A stretch of 63,168 bases of DNA, counting the filler. It is 9 parts of 9 records of this genome, joined end to end, with 100 filler letters (N's around TTAATTAATTAA, not from the genome) between each part and the next. Parts side by side here need not be neighbours in the genome. Positions count along the whole stretch, not along the records: positions 51,170 to 57,003 come from SRR31147125_6390; positions 57,104 to 63,168 come from SRR31147125_6400; 7 more parts are not named here. One strand, written 5' to 3'. Shown piece after piece: positions 51,206 through 61,464 of the stretch. The notes beneath the pieces were generated by a model that was given only the letters and a program-made list of their open reading frames with translations, did no database searches and was not told where the DNA came from. Within the stretch, counting starts at the first letter, position 1, and each line of letters begins with the position of its first letter. The translations under genes were made by a program, and so were the position numbers.

Positions 51206-52342
51206 GTGAAACAAAGAGAAGATAACTTGATAAAATCGAATTTAAGCATTTTTGATCCGGCAAAAGGAACAAAAGAAATGCATGTGATAATTGAATCCAA
51301 TGATCAGGATACATTGAATTCGTGGAGTTACGTTCATGAAGAATTGGAAAGGATTGAACGAAAAAACGGATTTAATTTTCAAAATCGTCTTTTTACACGT
51401 GTTTTCTTGAGTGATGCAACATTGCAGGCACGGATTCTTCGTGAGAATTTTCCAAAAACTTTCACTTCTAATCTATCATTAGTTGGTCAAACTCCATTGC
51501 CAAGCGGGAGTCTTGCCGTTTGGGTTTATTGGATTGATGGAGAAAATCCAGTTGAGCAAACTAAATTAGGAAATGTATTTCAATCAAACGGATTAACTCA
51601 CATTTGGAGTGCTGGAATAATTGCTGATAAAGCTACGAATGTTTCAGATCAGACCACTGAGATTTTTGAGAAATATAAACACTTGCTTGGAAAGTTTGAT
51701 TCCAATATTAAAGACCATTCTTTAAGAACATGGTTGTTTTCTCGTGACGTAGATCGGGAATATACAGACCTAGTTGAGGCGCGTAACGATTTTTTCGATC
51801 AGAATGGGCTTACAAAAGATTCACATTATATTGCTTCTACGGGTATTCAGGGCAGTCATGAAGATGCAAAACAGTTCGTGTTTATGGATACCTATTCAGT
51901 TACGGGAATTGATCAACAACAAATTGAGTATTTGCATGCTCCAACCCATTTATGCCCAACCCATAAATATGATGTTGCTTTTGAGCGTGGCACAACGATA
52001 ACATATGGAGACCGGAAACATGTGATTATTTCGGGAACAGCAAGTATTGATAATAAAGGAGATGTAGTTCATTTTCAGGATGCTGAAGCACAAACAAAAC
52101 GGACGATTGAAAATATTGAGACGCTCTTAAACGAGGCAGACTGCCTGTTGTCTGATTTAGCAATGGCGATTGTCTATCTTCGAAATCTCGAAGAAATTGA
52201 TGTTGTGAAGAAGGTTGTTGAAGAAAAACTTCCTGATACTCCTAAAGTATATGTACATGCACCGGTGTGTCGTCCAACTTGGTTGGTGGAAATTGAGACG
52301 ATTGCGATTCAAGCCGCAAGCAGTAAGTTTAAAGCGTATTAA
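51206..52342 (+). CDS. Multi-domain Rid family protein (FkbO/Hyg5 chorismatase-like)
   Basis: LRTW, IASTGI, FERG, ISGTASID, VCRPTWLVEIE. Confidence 0.78.
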   Translation: MKQREDNLIKSNLSIFDPAKGTKEMHVIIESNDQDTLNSWSYVHEELERIERKNGFNFQNRLFTRVFLSDATLQARILRENFPKTFTSNLSLVGQTPLPSGSLAVWVYWIDGENPVEQTKLGNVFQSNGLTHIWSAGIIADKATNVSDQTTEIFEKYKHLLGKFDSNIKDHSLRTWLFSRDVDREYTDLVEARNDFFDQNGLTKDSHYIASTGIQGSHEDAKQFVFMDTYSVTGIDQQQIEYLHAPTHLCPTHKYDVAFERGTTITYGDRKHVIISGTASIDNKGDVVHFQDAEAQTKRTIENIETLLNEADCLLSDLAMAIVYLRNLEEIDVVKKVVEEKLPDTPKVYVHAPVCRPTWLVEIETIAIQAASSKFKAY

Positions 52343-52489
52343 ATAGGAGATTGAAATTCTATCGCTTTTAATTCTTTAATACAAGTTTATAGAAAAGCTT
52401 GTTTGTCTTTTGGTAGTATAACTGGCATCGTTTTTGGGCAAAGGGCTTATTGTATTATCTTTATCAATTCATTTAGAAAACAGAAAACA

Positions 52490-54097
52490 ATGATCAGAGT
52501 AAATAAATCAAGTATAATTTTAGGGATTGTTATTGCAATTTTGGGATTTGTAAACGAACTGCAAGCTCAAGGTGTAACATCAAATACCATGAAGTATGGT
52601 CGCCTTCTTCGTTTAATTGATAGCTATTATGTTGATTCTACCGATGTCGAATCACTTACCGAAAAAGCGATTATTGGTGTGCTTGGAGAACTGGATCCGC
52701 ATTCGGTTTATATTTCAAAAGATGAAGTGGATAAAATGAACGAGCCATTGAAAGGAAGTTTTGAAGGTATTGGTATTTCTTTCAATATTTTTAAAGATAC
52801 CCTGATGGTGCTTACAACTATCCCCGGTGGTCCATCTGAAAAGGTTGGACTTCGACCAGGTGATCGGATTATGCAGGTTGATGGTAAAGAAATTGCAGGA
52901 ATTGGTCTTAAAAATAGTGATGTTTTTGATTTGCTACGGGGTGATAAGGGAACAAAGGTTGATTTAAAAATAAAGAGAAAGAAGGAACCGGAATATCTTG
53001 ATTTTTTAATCATTCGCGATAAGATTCCAATTAACAGTTTAGATGCTTCTTATATGATTAATGATGAAACTGGTTACATTAAGCTGAACCGTTTCTCGGC
53101 AACTACTTCTGATGAATTTCTAACTGCCATAACCGACTTGCAAGGCAATAGCTTGAAAAATTTGATTCTTGATCTTCGCGGAAATGGAGGAGGCTATCTA
53201 AAAGCAGCTATTGAATTAGCCGATCATTTTCTAGACTCATACAAAATGGTGGTTTATACGGAAGGAATGAATAATAAACGTAGGGAATATCGCTCTACTG
53301 CTGTTGGTATGTTTGAAGAAGGTAAACTGGTTGTGTTAATTGATGAAGGATCGGCTTCAGCGAGTGAGATTGTTTCAGGAGCTGTGCAAGACTGGGATCG
53401 GGGAATTGTTATTGGTCGCCGTTCTTTTGGTAAAGGTTTGGTGCAGCAGCCATTTATGTTGAGCGATGGATCAATGGTTCGATTAACTACTGCTCATTAT
53501 TATACACCGAGTGGACGATGCATTCAAAAGCCCTATGAAAATGGAGTTGACGAATATCGTAAAGATTATCTGACTCGTTTCGAAACAGGTGAGCTTTTTT
53601 CAGAAGATAGTATCCAACAAGATAAATCTCAGGTTTATGAAACACTTACAAACGGCAGAAAAGTATTTGGTGGCGGTGGCGTAATGCCCGACATTTTTGT
53701 GCCAATGGATACTTCATCTCATTATAAGTATTATAATCAACTTGCTAGAAAAAATGTTGTATATACTGTAGTGCTTGATTATCTGGATAAAAACAGGGAT
53801 AAGTTAAAGCGTAAATATGCTGATTTCTCAACTTACCGCGAGAAATTTGAAATTCCTGAATCTTTTTTTCTGGAAATTGTTGAGGAAGGAGAAAAAGAGG
53901 ATATTGAAAAAGATAATGAAAGCATTGAATTTGCTAAGCCTATAATGACCCGGCAGGTTAGAGCTCTAATAGCTCGAGATCTTTATGGTCAGAGCTATTA
54001 TTATCAGATAGTGAATGAAAAATCAGATGCCATCCAAGAAGCCTTGCAGGTTTTGAAGGATCAGGTGGTTTATGACAAATTTCTTGTAGAAAAATAG
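52490..54097 (+). CDS. S41 carboxyl-terminal processing protease
   Basis: LDPHS, PDZ domain, LDLRGNGGG, SASASEI, FGKG, PDI. Confidence 0.93.
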   Translation: MIRVNKSSIILGIVIAILGFVNELQAQGVTSNTMKYGRLLRLIDSYYVDSTDVESLTEKAIIGVLGELDPHSVYISKDEVDKMNEPLKGSFEGIGISFNIFKDTLMVLTTIPGGPSEKVGLRPGDRIMQVDGKEIAGIGLKNSDVFDLLRGDKGTKVDLKIKRKKEPEYLDFLIIRDKIPINSLDASYMINDETGYIKLNRFSATTSDEFLTAITDLQGNSLKNLILDLRGNGGGYLKAAIELADHFLDSYKMVVYTEGMNNKRREYRSTAVGMFEEGKLVVLIDEGSASASEIVSGAVQDWDRGIVIGRRSFGKGLVQQPFMLSDGSMVRLTTAHYYTPSGRCIQKPYENGVDEYRKDYLTRFETGELFSEDSIQQDKSQVYETLTNGRKVFGGGGVMPDIFVPMDTSSHYKYYNQLARKNVVYTVVLDYLDKNRDKLKRKYADFSTYREKFEIPESFFLEIVEEGEKEDIEKDNESIEFAKPIMTRQVRALIARDLYGQSYYYQIVNEKSDAIQEALQVLKDQVVYDKFLVEK

Positions 54098-54100
54098 TAA

Positions 54101-54730
54101 ATGCCCGAAGAGTTTATCATTTGGTTGGGTGAAAATTATGTCGAAGTTCTGGGGGCAATTCTCGGATTGGCTTATATTTTCTTTTCCATTAAACAGAGTA
54201 TTTTCACATGGCCGGTTGGTTTGATTACCTCTGCTCTTTATGTTTATGTGTTTTTGTCGGCTAAATTTTATGCCGATATGCTTTTACAGGCATATTATGT
54301 TGTTATTAGCATATATGGGTGGTATCATTGGGTAAAGGGTAATGCTTCAAAAAATTCTGATCTGGAAGTTAGTAAAATGCCTCAATCTTATTATTTGCCG
54401 GTATTGTCTATTTCTGTAATTCTGAGCCTTATTTTTATGTTTGGCTTAAAAAATTATACTGATTCTCCTGTGCCAGTTGCCGATTCAATAACAACTGCTC
54501 TTAGCATAGTAGCTACCTGGATGTTAGCTCGAAAGTATTATGAACATTGGATGATCTGGATTTTTGTTGATTTTTTCTCGGCAGGATTATATGTTTGGAA
54601 AGGATTGTGGCCAACCGCAATTTTATTTGTTGTTTATACTGTAATGGCTATTCTTGGATATATTAGCTGGAAAAAAGATTGGGAAAAACTTCATGAACAA
54701 ATCATACCGAATCGTAGTTACGGGGCCTGA
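54101..54730 (+). CDS. pnuC: PnuC-family nicotinamide riboside transporter
   Basis: WPVG, YGWYHW, DSITT, WMIWIFVD. Confidence 0.9.
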   Translation: MPEEFIIWLGENYVEVLGAILGLAYIFFSIKQSIFTWPVGLITSALYVYVFLSAKFYADMLLQAYYVVISIYGWYHWVKGNASKNSDLEVSKMPQSYYLPVLSISVILSLIFMFGLKNYTDSPVPVADSITTALSIVATWMLARKYYEHWMIWIFVDFFSAGLYVWKGLWPTAILFVVYTVMAILGYISWKKDWEKLHEQIIPNRSYGA

Positions 54731-55229
54731 GTCTACTGCAAAGAGTACACTTTCAAAACAACTTGCAAAGTATTTTCAAGGTGAGTTCTATCCAGAATAT
54801 GCCCGCTTGTACCTCAATAAAAAGGGTGATTCATATAATTATGACGATGTAACTGAAATTGCAAAAGGTCAAATTCAACAATACAAAGATTCTTTTAATC
54901 AATCATTCAGGTTTTATTTTTTTGATACTTGGTTAATCATTACCAAAATCTGGTTTTTGTGGGTTTATAGCAAATACCCAAGTTGGATCGATGAAGAAAT
55001 TGCAAACTGTCCAATTGATTTTTACTTGTTGTGTAAACCAGATATTCAATGGATTCCTGATCCATTACGAGAGAATGGGGGAGAGGAGCGGATACGATTA
55101 TTTGAAACTTACAAAAATGAGCTAATAGAAAAGAATGCTCAATTTATTGAGATAGGAGGTGAAGGAGAGCAACGCATTAAAAATGCAATCAAGGCAATCA
55201 ATGAATTTCAAGCTGTAAGAAGCATTTAA
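54693..55229 (+). CDS. NadR-type kinase domain protein (AAA_28)
   Basis: TGPESTAKST, PEYAR, FFDT, DIQWIPDPLRE; adjacent to pnuC. Confidence 0.85.
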   Translation: MNKSYRIVVTGPESTAKSTLSKQLAKYFQGEFYPEYARLYLNKKGDSYNYDDVTEIAKGQIQQYKDSFNQSFRFYFFDTWLIITKIWFLWVYSKYPSWIDEEIANCPIDFYLLCKPDIQWIPDPLRENGGEERIRLFETYKNELIEKNAQFIEIGGEGEQRIKNAIKAINEFQAVRSI

Positions 55230-55387
55230 AATTCAAATACAATAATTTCGCTTGTAGTTTATTCATTAACTCTTTTATAACTTTTAGTTCTCTTGTGTTT
55301 TTTAGCTTGTTTTTCAATCAAAAAAGAAGAATTTTGTTTAAACCGTAAGTACTTATTCAAAAGTGCTTTTATAATTCTGCAATATTA

Positions 55388-56326
55388 ATGAAAATTGCTT
55401 CAGACATAACTCAATTAATCGCGAATACTCCTTTGGTAAAATTGAATAAGATAGCTAAAGGATGTGTTGCAGATGTTTATCTAAAACTTGAATCTCAAAA
55501 TCCAGGAGGTTCTGTAAAAGATAGACTAGCTCTTGCTATGATTCAGGCAGCTGAAAAAGATGGTTTAATTGATTCTGAAACTGTAATAATTGAGCCAACA
55601 AGTGGTAATACAGGTATTGGTTTGGTTATGGTTTGTGCCGTGAAAGGGTATGCATTAAAAATTGTAATGCCTGAAAGTGTTTCAGTTGAACGTCGATTAA
55701 TTTTGAAAGCATATGGAGCCGAGCTTGTTTTGACTTCAGCAAAAGGTGGAATGAAAGAGGCAATATCTGTATGTCAGGGGATGGCAAAAGAACTGCCTAA
55801 GTCTTTTATACCTATGCAGTTTGAGAATGAAGCAAATGTAGATATGCACAGAAAAACAACAGCTCTGGAGATTTGGAATGACACCGATGGACTTGTAGAT
55901 ATTTTTGTTGCTGGAGCTGGTACTGGAGGTACAATTACAGGTGTTTCTGAGATTTTAAAAGAAAAAAAATCAACATTGCAAAGTGTGGTTGTTGAACCGA
56001 AGAATTCATCAGTTTTATCAGGCAATCAGCCTGGTGCACATAAAATTCAGGGAATTGGCGCTGGTTTTATTCCCAAAATTTTAAATGTAGAGATATATGA
56101 TGAGATTTTTCAGGTAGAGGATGATCTTGCTTTTCAATATGCAAGAATGTTAGCAAAGCTGGAAGGCATTTTTTGCGGAATTTCATCTGGAGCCAATGTT
56201 TATGCAGCTGTAGAAATTGCCAAACGAATTGAAAATAAAGGGAAGCATGTAGTTGTAATTATATGCGATACAGGAGAACGATATTTAAGTACAACATTAT
56301 TTAATGACGAAAAAGATGCAATCTGA
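55388..56326 (+). CDS. cysK: Cysteine synthase A
   Basis: NPGGSVKDR, TSGNTG, QFEN, GTGGT, HKIQGIG. Confidence 0.95.
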   Translation: MKIASDITQLIANTPLVKLNKIAKGCVADVYLKLESQNPGGSVKDRLALAMIQAAEKDGLIDSETVIIEPTSGNTGIGLVMVCAVKGYALKIVMPESVSVERRLILKAYGAELVLTSAKGGMKEAISVCQGMAKELPKSFIPMQFENEANVDMHRKTTALEIWNDTDGLVDIFVAGAGTGGTITGVSEILKEKKSTLQSVVVEPKNSSVLSGNQPGAHKIQGIGAGFIPKILNVEIYDEIFQVEDDLAFQYARMLAKLEGIFCGISSGANVYAAVEIAKRIENKGKHVVVIICDTGERYLSTTLFNDEKDAI

Positions 56327-57003
56327 TAATACAATCATTTCTAAAATTGGTCGATCTGTTGACCAGTTGTCTGACCCTAAAAGTTACAACTTGGTGTGCC
56401 ATGAACATCGGTTGGGAGAACCTCTTCCATCAATTGATAAACTGGAAAAGTTTGTTAATATGGTACGTGAAATTCTTTTTCCGGGTTATTTCGGAAACAC
56501 GAGTTTGCGTTCAAATACAATGAGTCATTACATGGGGGTATATGTTGATGAATTGTTTGAACTTCTTTCTGAACAAATTTTGGCTGGTTTATGCTTTACT
56601 TGTAAGCGCCCGGCAGAAATTGATATGGAAGAACGTTCACGTTTTTCTCAAGGTTTGGCAGCTGATTTTATTGCATATCTGCCTGAAATAAGGCGTAAAT
56701 TGGTTGCTGATGTTGAAACTGCTTTTATTGGAGATCCTGCTGCAAATAGCCGAAGTGAAGTTATTTTTTGCTATCCGGCTATTCGTGCAATTGCTAATTA
56801 TCGTATAGCACATCAGTTGCTTACTTTGGGTGTACCACTTATTCCGCGTATAATTTCAGAAATGGCTCATTCCGAAACAGGTATTGATATTCATCCAAAG
56901 GCTGAGATTGGTGAACGATTTACAATTGACCACGGAACTGGAGTGGTTGTAGGTTCAACATGTATTATTGGAGATAATGTTAAATTATACCAGGGTGTAA
57001 CTC
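56316..57003 (+). CDS. cysE: Serine O-acetyltransferase, 3' partial
   Basis: GDPAA, YRIAH, TGIDIHP, IDHGTGVVVG, YQGVT. Confidence 0.92.
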
Positions 57004-57103
57004 NNNNNNNNNNNNNNNNNNNNNNNNNNNNNNNNNNNNNNNNNNNNTTAATTAATTAANNNNNNNNNNNNNNNNNNNNNNNNNNNNNNNNNNNNNNNNN
57101 NNN
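57004..57103. other. Artificial contig spacer
   Basis: N-linker-N. Confidence 0.99.
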
Positions 57104-57487
57104 AAAATCAATCATGTAATTCCACCCACCTTCGTGGCTTTGTCCCCAGATGATTGCTGCGGCAGCCTTCTTTGCAGCTTCAAGGTAATACATATCTCCT
57201 GTAGCATGGTATGCATCAAGAAATAAATGCCCCATGCTTATTGTTCCGGGATGCTGTAACCATATCATGGTTTTATAAGCCTCCATCTCTCCCCACTGGC
57301 GTGATAAATTGGGGAGGTATGTCCATACATAACCACCATTCATGCTCACTTCTTCAACCAGGAATTTTGTAGCATCAAGCATGGTTTGTTGAATTTTGTT
57401 TTGGAGCGTTTTATCCTCTTTGCTATTGCAAGCGTTAATAAAAATTACAAAAGCGAGGGCTAAAGAGAGTTTTGTTAGTTTTTCCAT
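57104..57487 (-). CDS. Pectate-lyase-like (PL10-like) lipoprotein, 3' partial
   Basis: Lipobox INA-C, GGYVWTY, WLQHPGT, GQSHEGGWNY. Confidence 0.6.
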
Positions 57488-57555
57488 TTAGATTAGTTAA
57501 GAGTGTTTTATACATAAAATCTAAACGATAAAATTATTGAAAATACTTTTTAATG

Positions 57556-58107
57556 CTATTTGTTTTTTGTCTTTACAACTATAATTCCATTAGGAGCGTT
57601 GTATTTTTTTAGAGCATATTCACTTTTTAAAACCTCAATACTCTGAATTGTCTCTGGCGGTATTTTTGAAAATTCTTTCTTACTGGAAACTTCTCCATCT
57701 ATTAAAACGACTGGTTCATTATCAGATTCAAAATTAGATTCTTCAGATTTACTCTTCTTACTTTTTATTTTAATTTCATTACCATACCCAACAACTTTTA
57801 AACTATCTGTTTGTGAATCTTTTTTTGACGTAACCAGTATCACAGGGTTTGTTGTGTTATATTGTTTTGTTGCTTCCTCTCCTTTAAACACTTTAATTGA
57901 TTCAATTTTATTTGGATCAAGCAGATTGAATATTTCCATGTCATATTTTTTTCCATCAATATAAACATCAGGGGTTTCACCATTTTTTAGTTCAACGCGT
58001 AACTTAGTTTTAGAAGATGTTTTTTCTTCTTTTACTATTCCATCTTGCGCATGCAGATTAATAAAGCCAATAAAAATTAGTGATATTGCGATAAAACTGG
58101 ATTTCAT
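57556..58107 (-). CDS. Secreted protein with two TonB-plug-like repeats
   Basis: PDVYIDG...LDPNKIESIKVFK and PVVLIDG...IPPETIQSIEVLK...YNAPNGIIVVKT. Confidence 0.75.
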   Translation of the reverse strand: MKSSFIAISLIFIGFINLHAQDGIVKEEKTSSKTKLRVELKNGETPDVYIDGKKYDMEIFNLLDPNKIESIKVFKGEEATKQYNTTNPVILVTSKKDSQTDSLKVVGYGNEIKIKSKKSKSEESNFESDNEPVVLIDGEVSSKKEFSKIPPETIQSIEVLKSEYALKKYNAPNGIIVVKTKNK

Positions 58108-58123
58108 AATTTAATTTTTTTAG

Positions 58124-58538
58124 TTATTTATTGTAATATATTATCATGAGTTCATCTTCATAGATTATCTCGTATTCTGTATCTTGTGGCTTTTCCTCAG
58201 GAAACATTGATAGAGCTTTGTCGAGAATAGCCTTTTTTTCGGACAACGTCATTTCGTTATTTGTCGGTTTAGAAACCATTAAGGTTAGAATTAATGCGAA
58301 GGATGCAGCAGTTGAAACTCCATACCAAAACAGCCTTTTTACTCTTCTTCTTTGTTGAATAGCATTCCAGATCGATTTTTGAATATCTTTGGGTGCTCTC
58401 TTTTTTTGTTCTGGCATAGGTAAACCACGTGTTTAAATCTTCATCTTCATTACCTGATTTAAAAAGGTTATTCTCTTCTTCAAGATTACTTGTAGCATTA
58501 AGATATTTTTCAACGATATTTTTTTTATTTCTTTCCAT
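58124..58538 (-). CDS. Putative single-TM anti-sigma factor, frameshifted at 58401-58407
   Basis: IVEKYLNATSNLEEE N-terminus and TM VSTAASFALILTLM. Removing one A from an A7 run joins the two ORFs. Overlaps the ECF sigma stop. Confidence 0.75.
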
Positions 58539-59034
58539 CATAGTCATAAACGTTTTTTAATTTTAAAGCTACTTGTTTACGTGCTCTGGAAACTAATACC
58601 CTAATATGTTCCACTTTCAATCCGGTCACGGTGGAAATTTCATTAAACTCCAAACCATCCAAATCTCTTAGTGTTAATATCTCTCTTTGTTGTTCTGGTA
58701 GCGTATTCAATATGTTCTCTACTATTTTTTTTAGCTCTTCCCATTCCAAATTGTTTTCTGGGATATATTGTGAATTAATATTTGGATTTTGATTATTCTC
58801 TTTTATTGTTTTTTGACTTTTTAATAAATCGAGGCAGTAATTACGTGCAACCAAAAAAACATACCCGGGTTTATTGGGGTGTTTTGCAAGTTGATATCGC
58901 TTTTCCCACAACTTAATCATTATCTCCTGAACGGCATCCTCTGTAGATTCAGCATTCCCTAATATTCTGGCAACCATAGGGTATATTCTATCAGTTAAAG
59001 GAAGTATTGTTATTTTAAATTCTTTCGCGTTCAT
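58525..59034 (-). CDS. ECF sigma-70 factor
   Basis: EDAVQEIMIKLW, ARNYCLD, LPEQQREILTLRD, VLVSRAR. Confidence 0.93.
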   Translation of the reverse strand: MNAKEFKITILPLTDRIYPMVARILGNAESTEDAVQEIMIKLWEKRYQLAKHPNKPGYVFLVARNYCLDLLKSQKTIKENNQNPNINSQYIPENNLEWEELKKIVENILNTLPEQQREILTLRDLDGLEFNEISTVTGLKVEHIRVLVSRARKQVALKLKNVYDYDGKK

Positions 59035-59042
59035 ATATTTTA

Positions 59043-59070
59043 ATAACGATATCTTCTAAAAACCATAACA
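59043..59070 (-). promoter_or_regulatory. Possible ECF autoregulatory promoter
   Basis: Minus strand TGTTAT...CGTTAT just before the sigma ATG, resembling TGTAAC/CGT ECF elements. Confidence 0.35.
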
Positions 59071-59203
59071 GATTATCTGAAATTTATTTCATCTAGTATT
59101 ATAATTGAGATGAAATTTGTGAGGTAAATATCAGAATAACGGATATTTAATTAATGGTCTAAATCATGAAGCATTATGATAAACCTCTTATATATTGGGT
59201 GAA

Positions 59204-60731
59204 TTAGTTCAAAGATATTCTATGTATAGCAGTTGGTGTATCAATCCAGAAATTTCCATAAGAATCTAAATAGGCTCCCAATGGTCTGTTGTCTTTTTCA
59301 GCGAGTTCTTCGGTAAGGTTAATGCATTCTTTCTCAAGGTAAAGTAAAATTAAAGGATCTTCAATTAGTTTTTCAAATTCAAATGCTAGATGCGTAGATG
59401 ATAAGGTTCCAATACCATATTGAATATATAATGAATTATCGTTATTACCTTCAACAATCCCGGCATTGAAATAATTAATGTGAAGATGTTTACCACTTGA
59501 AAGTGCCAGTAAACTATTAGACGGACTTAATTTTGACATATAATATCCAGCTGAGGATAATGTTGAAATATTTTTATCAATATTAAATTTTTCATTAATA
59601 CAAACTAATTCATTTGTTTCATAATTATAATGGATTGTAGAATTATTACCAAAAAACCATAATCTGTGTTTTTCTTCATAAAAGCCTCTAAAATTTAGTC
59701 CGTCAAATTTTATAGAAGTAAACAGATTATCAGAATTGTTAATCTTTAGAATTTTGTTTCCTGTGATGATCCATTTATTGCCATACGAATCTAAATATGC
59801 ATCAATTAGCTTATAAATATTAGTAGAATTTTCTGATACATAAAATTTAAACTTATTATCTGAATCAAGTTTGCCAATTTCATTATTTGAAAATGAAATC
59901 CAAATCTCAGAGCTATCTACTGCAAGCATATCATATGGTTTTTTATACTTGTAATTTACTTTTTTATACACTTCATCAGAATCTAAGTTCTCGTAATAAG
60001 TTTGTTTATGTTTTAAAATATTTATTTCATGCAAATTGCTATTCTTATATGATAACAATTTATTTCTATTAGTTAAAATTAACATTTGGTTACTTGAAAA
60101 TGGGAATATATTTTTTACACCACCAACGTTTTTGTTTTTACTTGTTTTATCAAGAGTTTTCCACCTATTTGATGAAAAAATAGAAACCCCATAAGCAGAT
60201 GTAACCCAAATATTCCCTTCAGAGTCTTCTAATAAACGAGATATATAGCTATGTGGAAATTCTAATGTTTTTAAATAATGAATTAGTCTGTTATCAATTA
60301 ACACCATTAACCCATCATTTTTTTGAATGAAACCAGATTCTATCATTTGAATCAAATAGATAAGAGATTTTATCTTTTTTTAATTCAGGTTTAAATTTTA
60401 TAATGTAGTCTAAGATTGTGTCAGAATTATCAGGAAAATACAAAAAATCATTATTATCTTCCACTGGAAATTTTGTGTTGCTATTAATATTATATATTGT
60501 ATCATTATTATAATAGTATAATGTGCTATCAGCTTCATAAAAATTGATATATCTCCCCCTGTTTTTTATTTTTCCTGAATTTATTGTGTAACTAAAAGGC
60601 ATAAAACCTTCTTTATTGATTTCTATTATAGGGATTCCAAGATAGGATTTACTGTAAGATTCTATTGAATATTGACCATTAACTAGAAAAATTGAAAATA
60701 TCAATAATAAAAATAAAAAAGATTTTTTCAT
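59204..60731 (-). CDS. Secreted beta-propeller (Reg_prop-like) protein, frameshifted at 60318-60324
   Basis: Signal peptide; repeats FDSNDRIWF, EDSEGNIWV, LDSYGNKWI, LDSYGNFWI. Removing one A from an A7 run joins the ORFs. Confidence 0.75.
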
Positions 60732-60965
60732 GATTCACCTTGTTTTTCTATAGCTGAAACAAATATATTATTCCTGACTATTTCAGTTGACATGATATTA
60801 TTAAATGTTGCGATATTTTAGCAATTTAGAATTAATAAAATTTTATACGGTTTATAATAGACTGTTTAAAATTTATTTAGCAACAATGTCACAGCTATCG
60901 TCAAACTACTAAAAATAAAGCTAATACATTTAGGAACAATTCATTTCATTTTAGGACTTCGTTTT

Positions 60966-61256
60966 ACAAAGAAAGGACAAATCTTGACAGATAAAGGAAC
61001 TGGTTTGCAAACATAGACAAAGCTCCAACAAAGATTGAAAATTGTTTGCAATAAAAGATATGCTCCCTGGCATACAAGGGAGTTATTCCGCAAACATAGC
61101 CAAAGAACTGAAAAAGAATGAATATAGTCTGATATAGAAGGGACATTCCTTAGCGGAAAAGGGAGAACCCTCACATACATAGATATAAATTCGACAAAGA
61201 AGGGACTGCTTTTTACACAAAAGGGATATAGATTATCTCAAATAGGCAAACTCTGG
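60966..61256. repeat. Degenerate ~21-bp periodic array (about 14 units)
   Basis: Units start at 60966, 60987, 61007, 61028, 61048, 61070, 61090, 61111, 61132, 61153, 61173, 61194, 61215 and 61236; loose consensus RCAnAnAAGGGA. Confidence 0.65.
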
Positions 61257-61400
61257 AAGCTGTTAAGATATACAACATTTCTTATAAAATATATTCTACA
61301 AGGGTTAGAAGAAATAATCACAAAGCATTTTAATAATACTTGGTTTTTGCTCTAAATCCATTAGGGCTGAGACAAAAAGGAAATGATGAATAAATAATTA

Positions 61401-61435
61401 AGAGGCTTCTCTTGCTTTACAGCATAGAAGCCTCT
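61401..61435 (-). terminator. Hairpin after the TonB receptor
   Basis: AGAGGCTTCT...AGAAGCCTCT stem. Confidence 0.6.
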
Positions 61436-61464
61436 ATCGGGAGAACCATTTATGAAAACCAAAC

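Noticed and set aside
52423-52437. TGGCATCGTTTTTGG as a sigma54 promoter before the S41 protease
   Set aside because: The -12 element mismatches and no activator is nearby.
54693-54730. pnuC/nadR-like 38-nt overlap as a programmed fusion
   Set aside because: Both ORFs look complete separately, and no clear slippery signal can be distinguished from the homopolymer noise.
5777-57103. Eight identical TTAATTAATTAA elements flanked by N runs as a biological repeat
   Set aside because: They are artificial all-frame-stop linkers. Genes on either side are not neighbours, and ORFs running into them are truncated.
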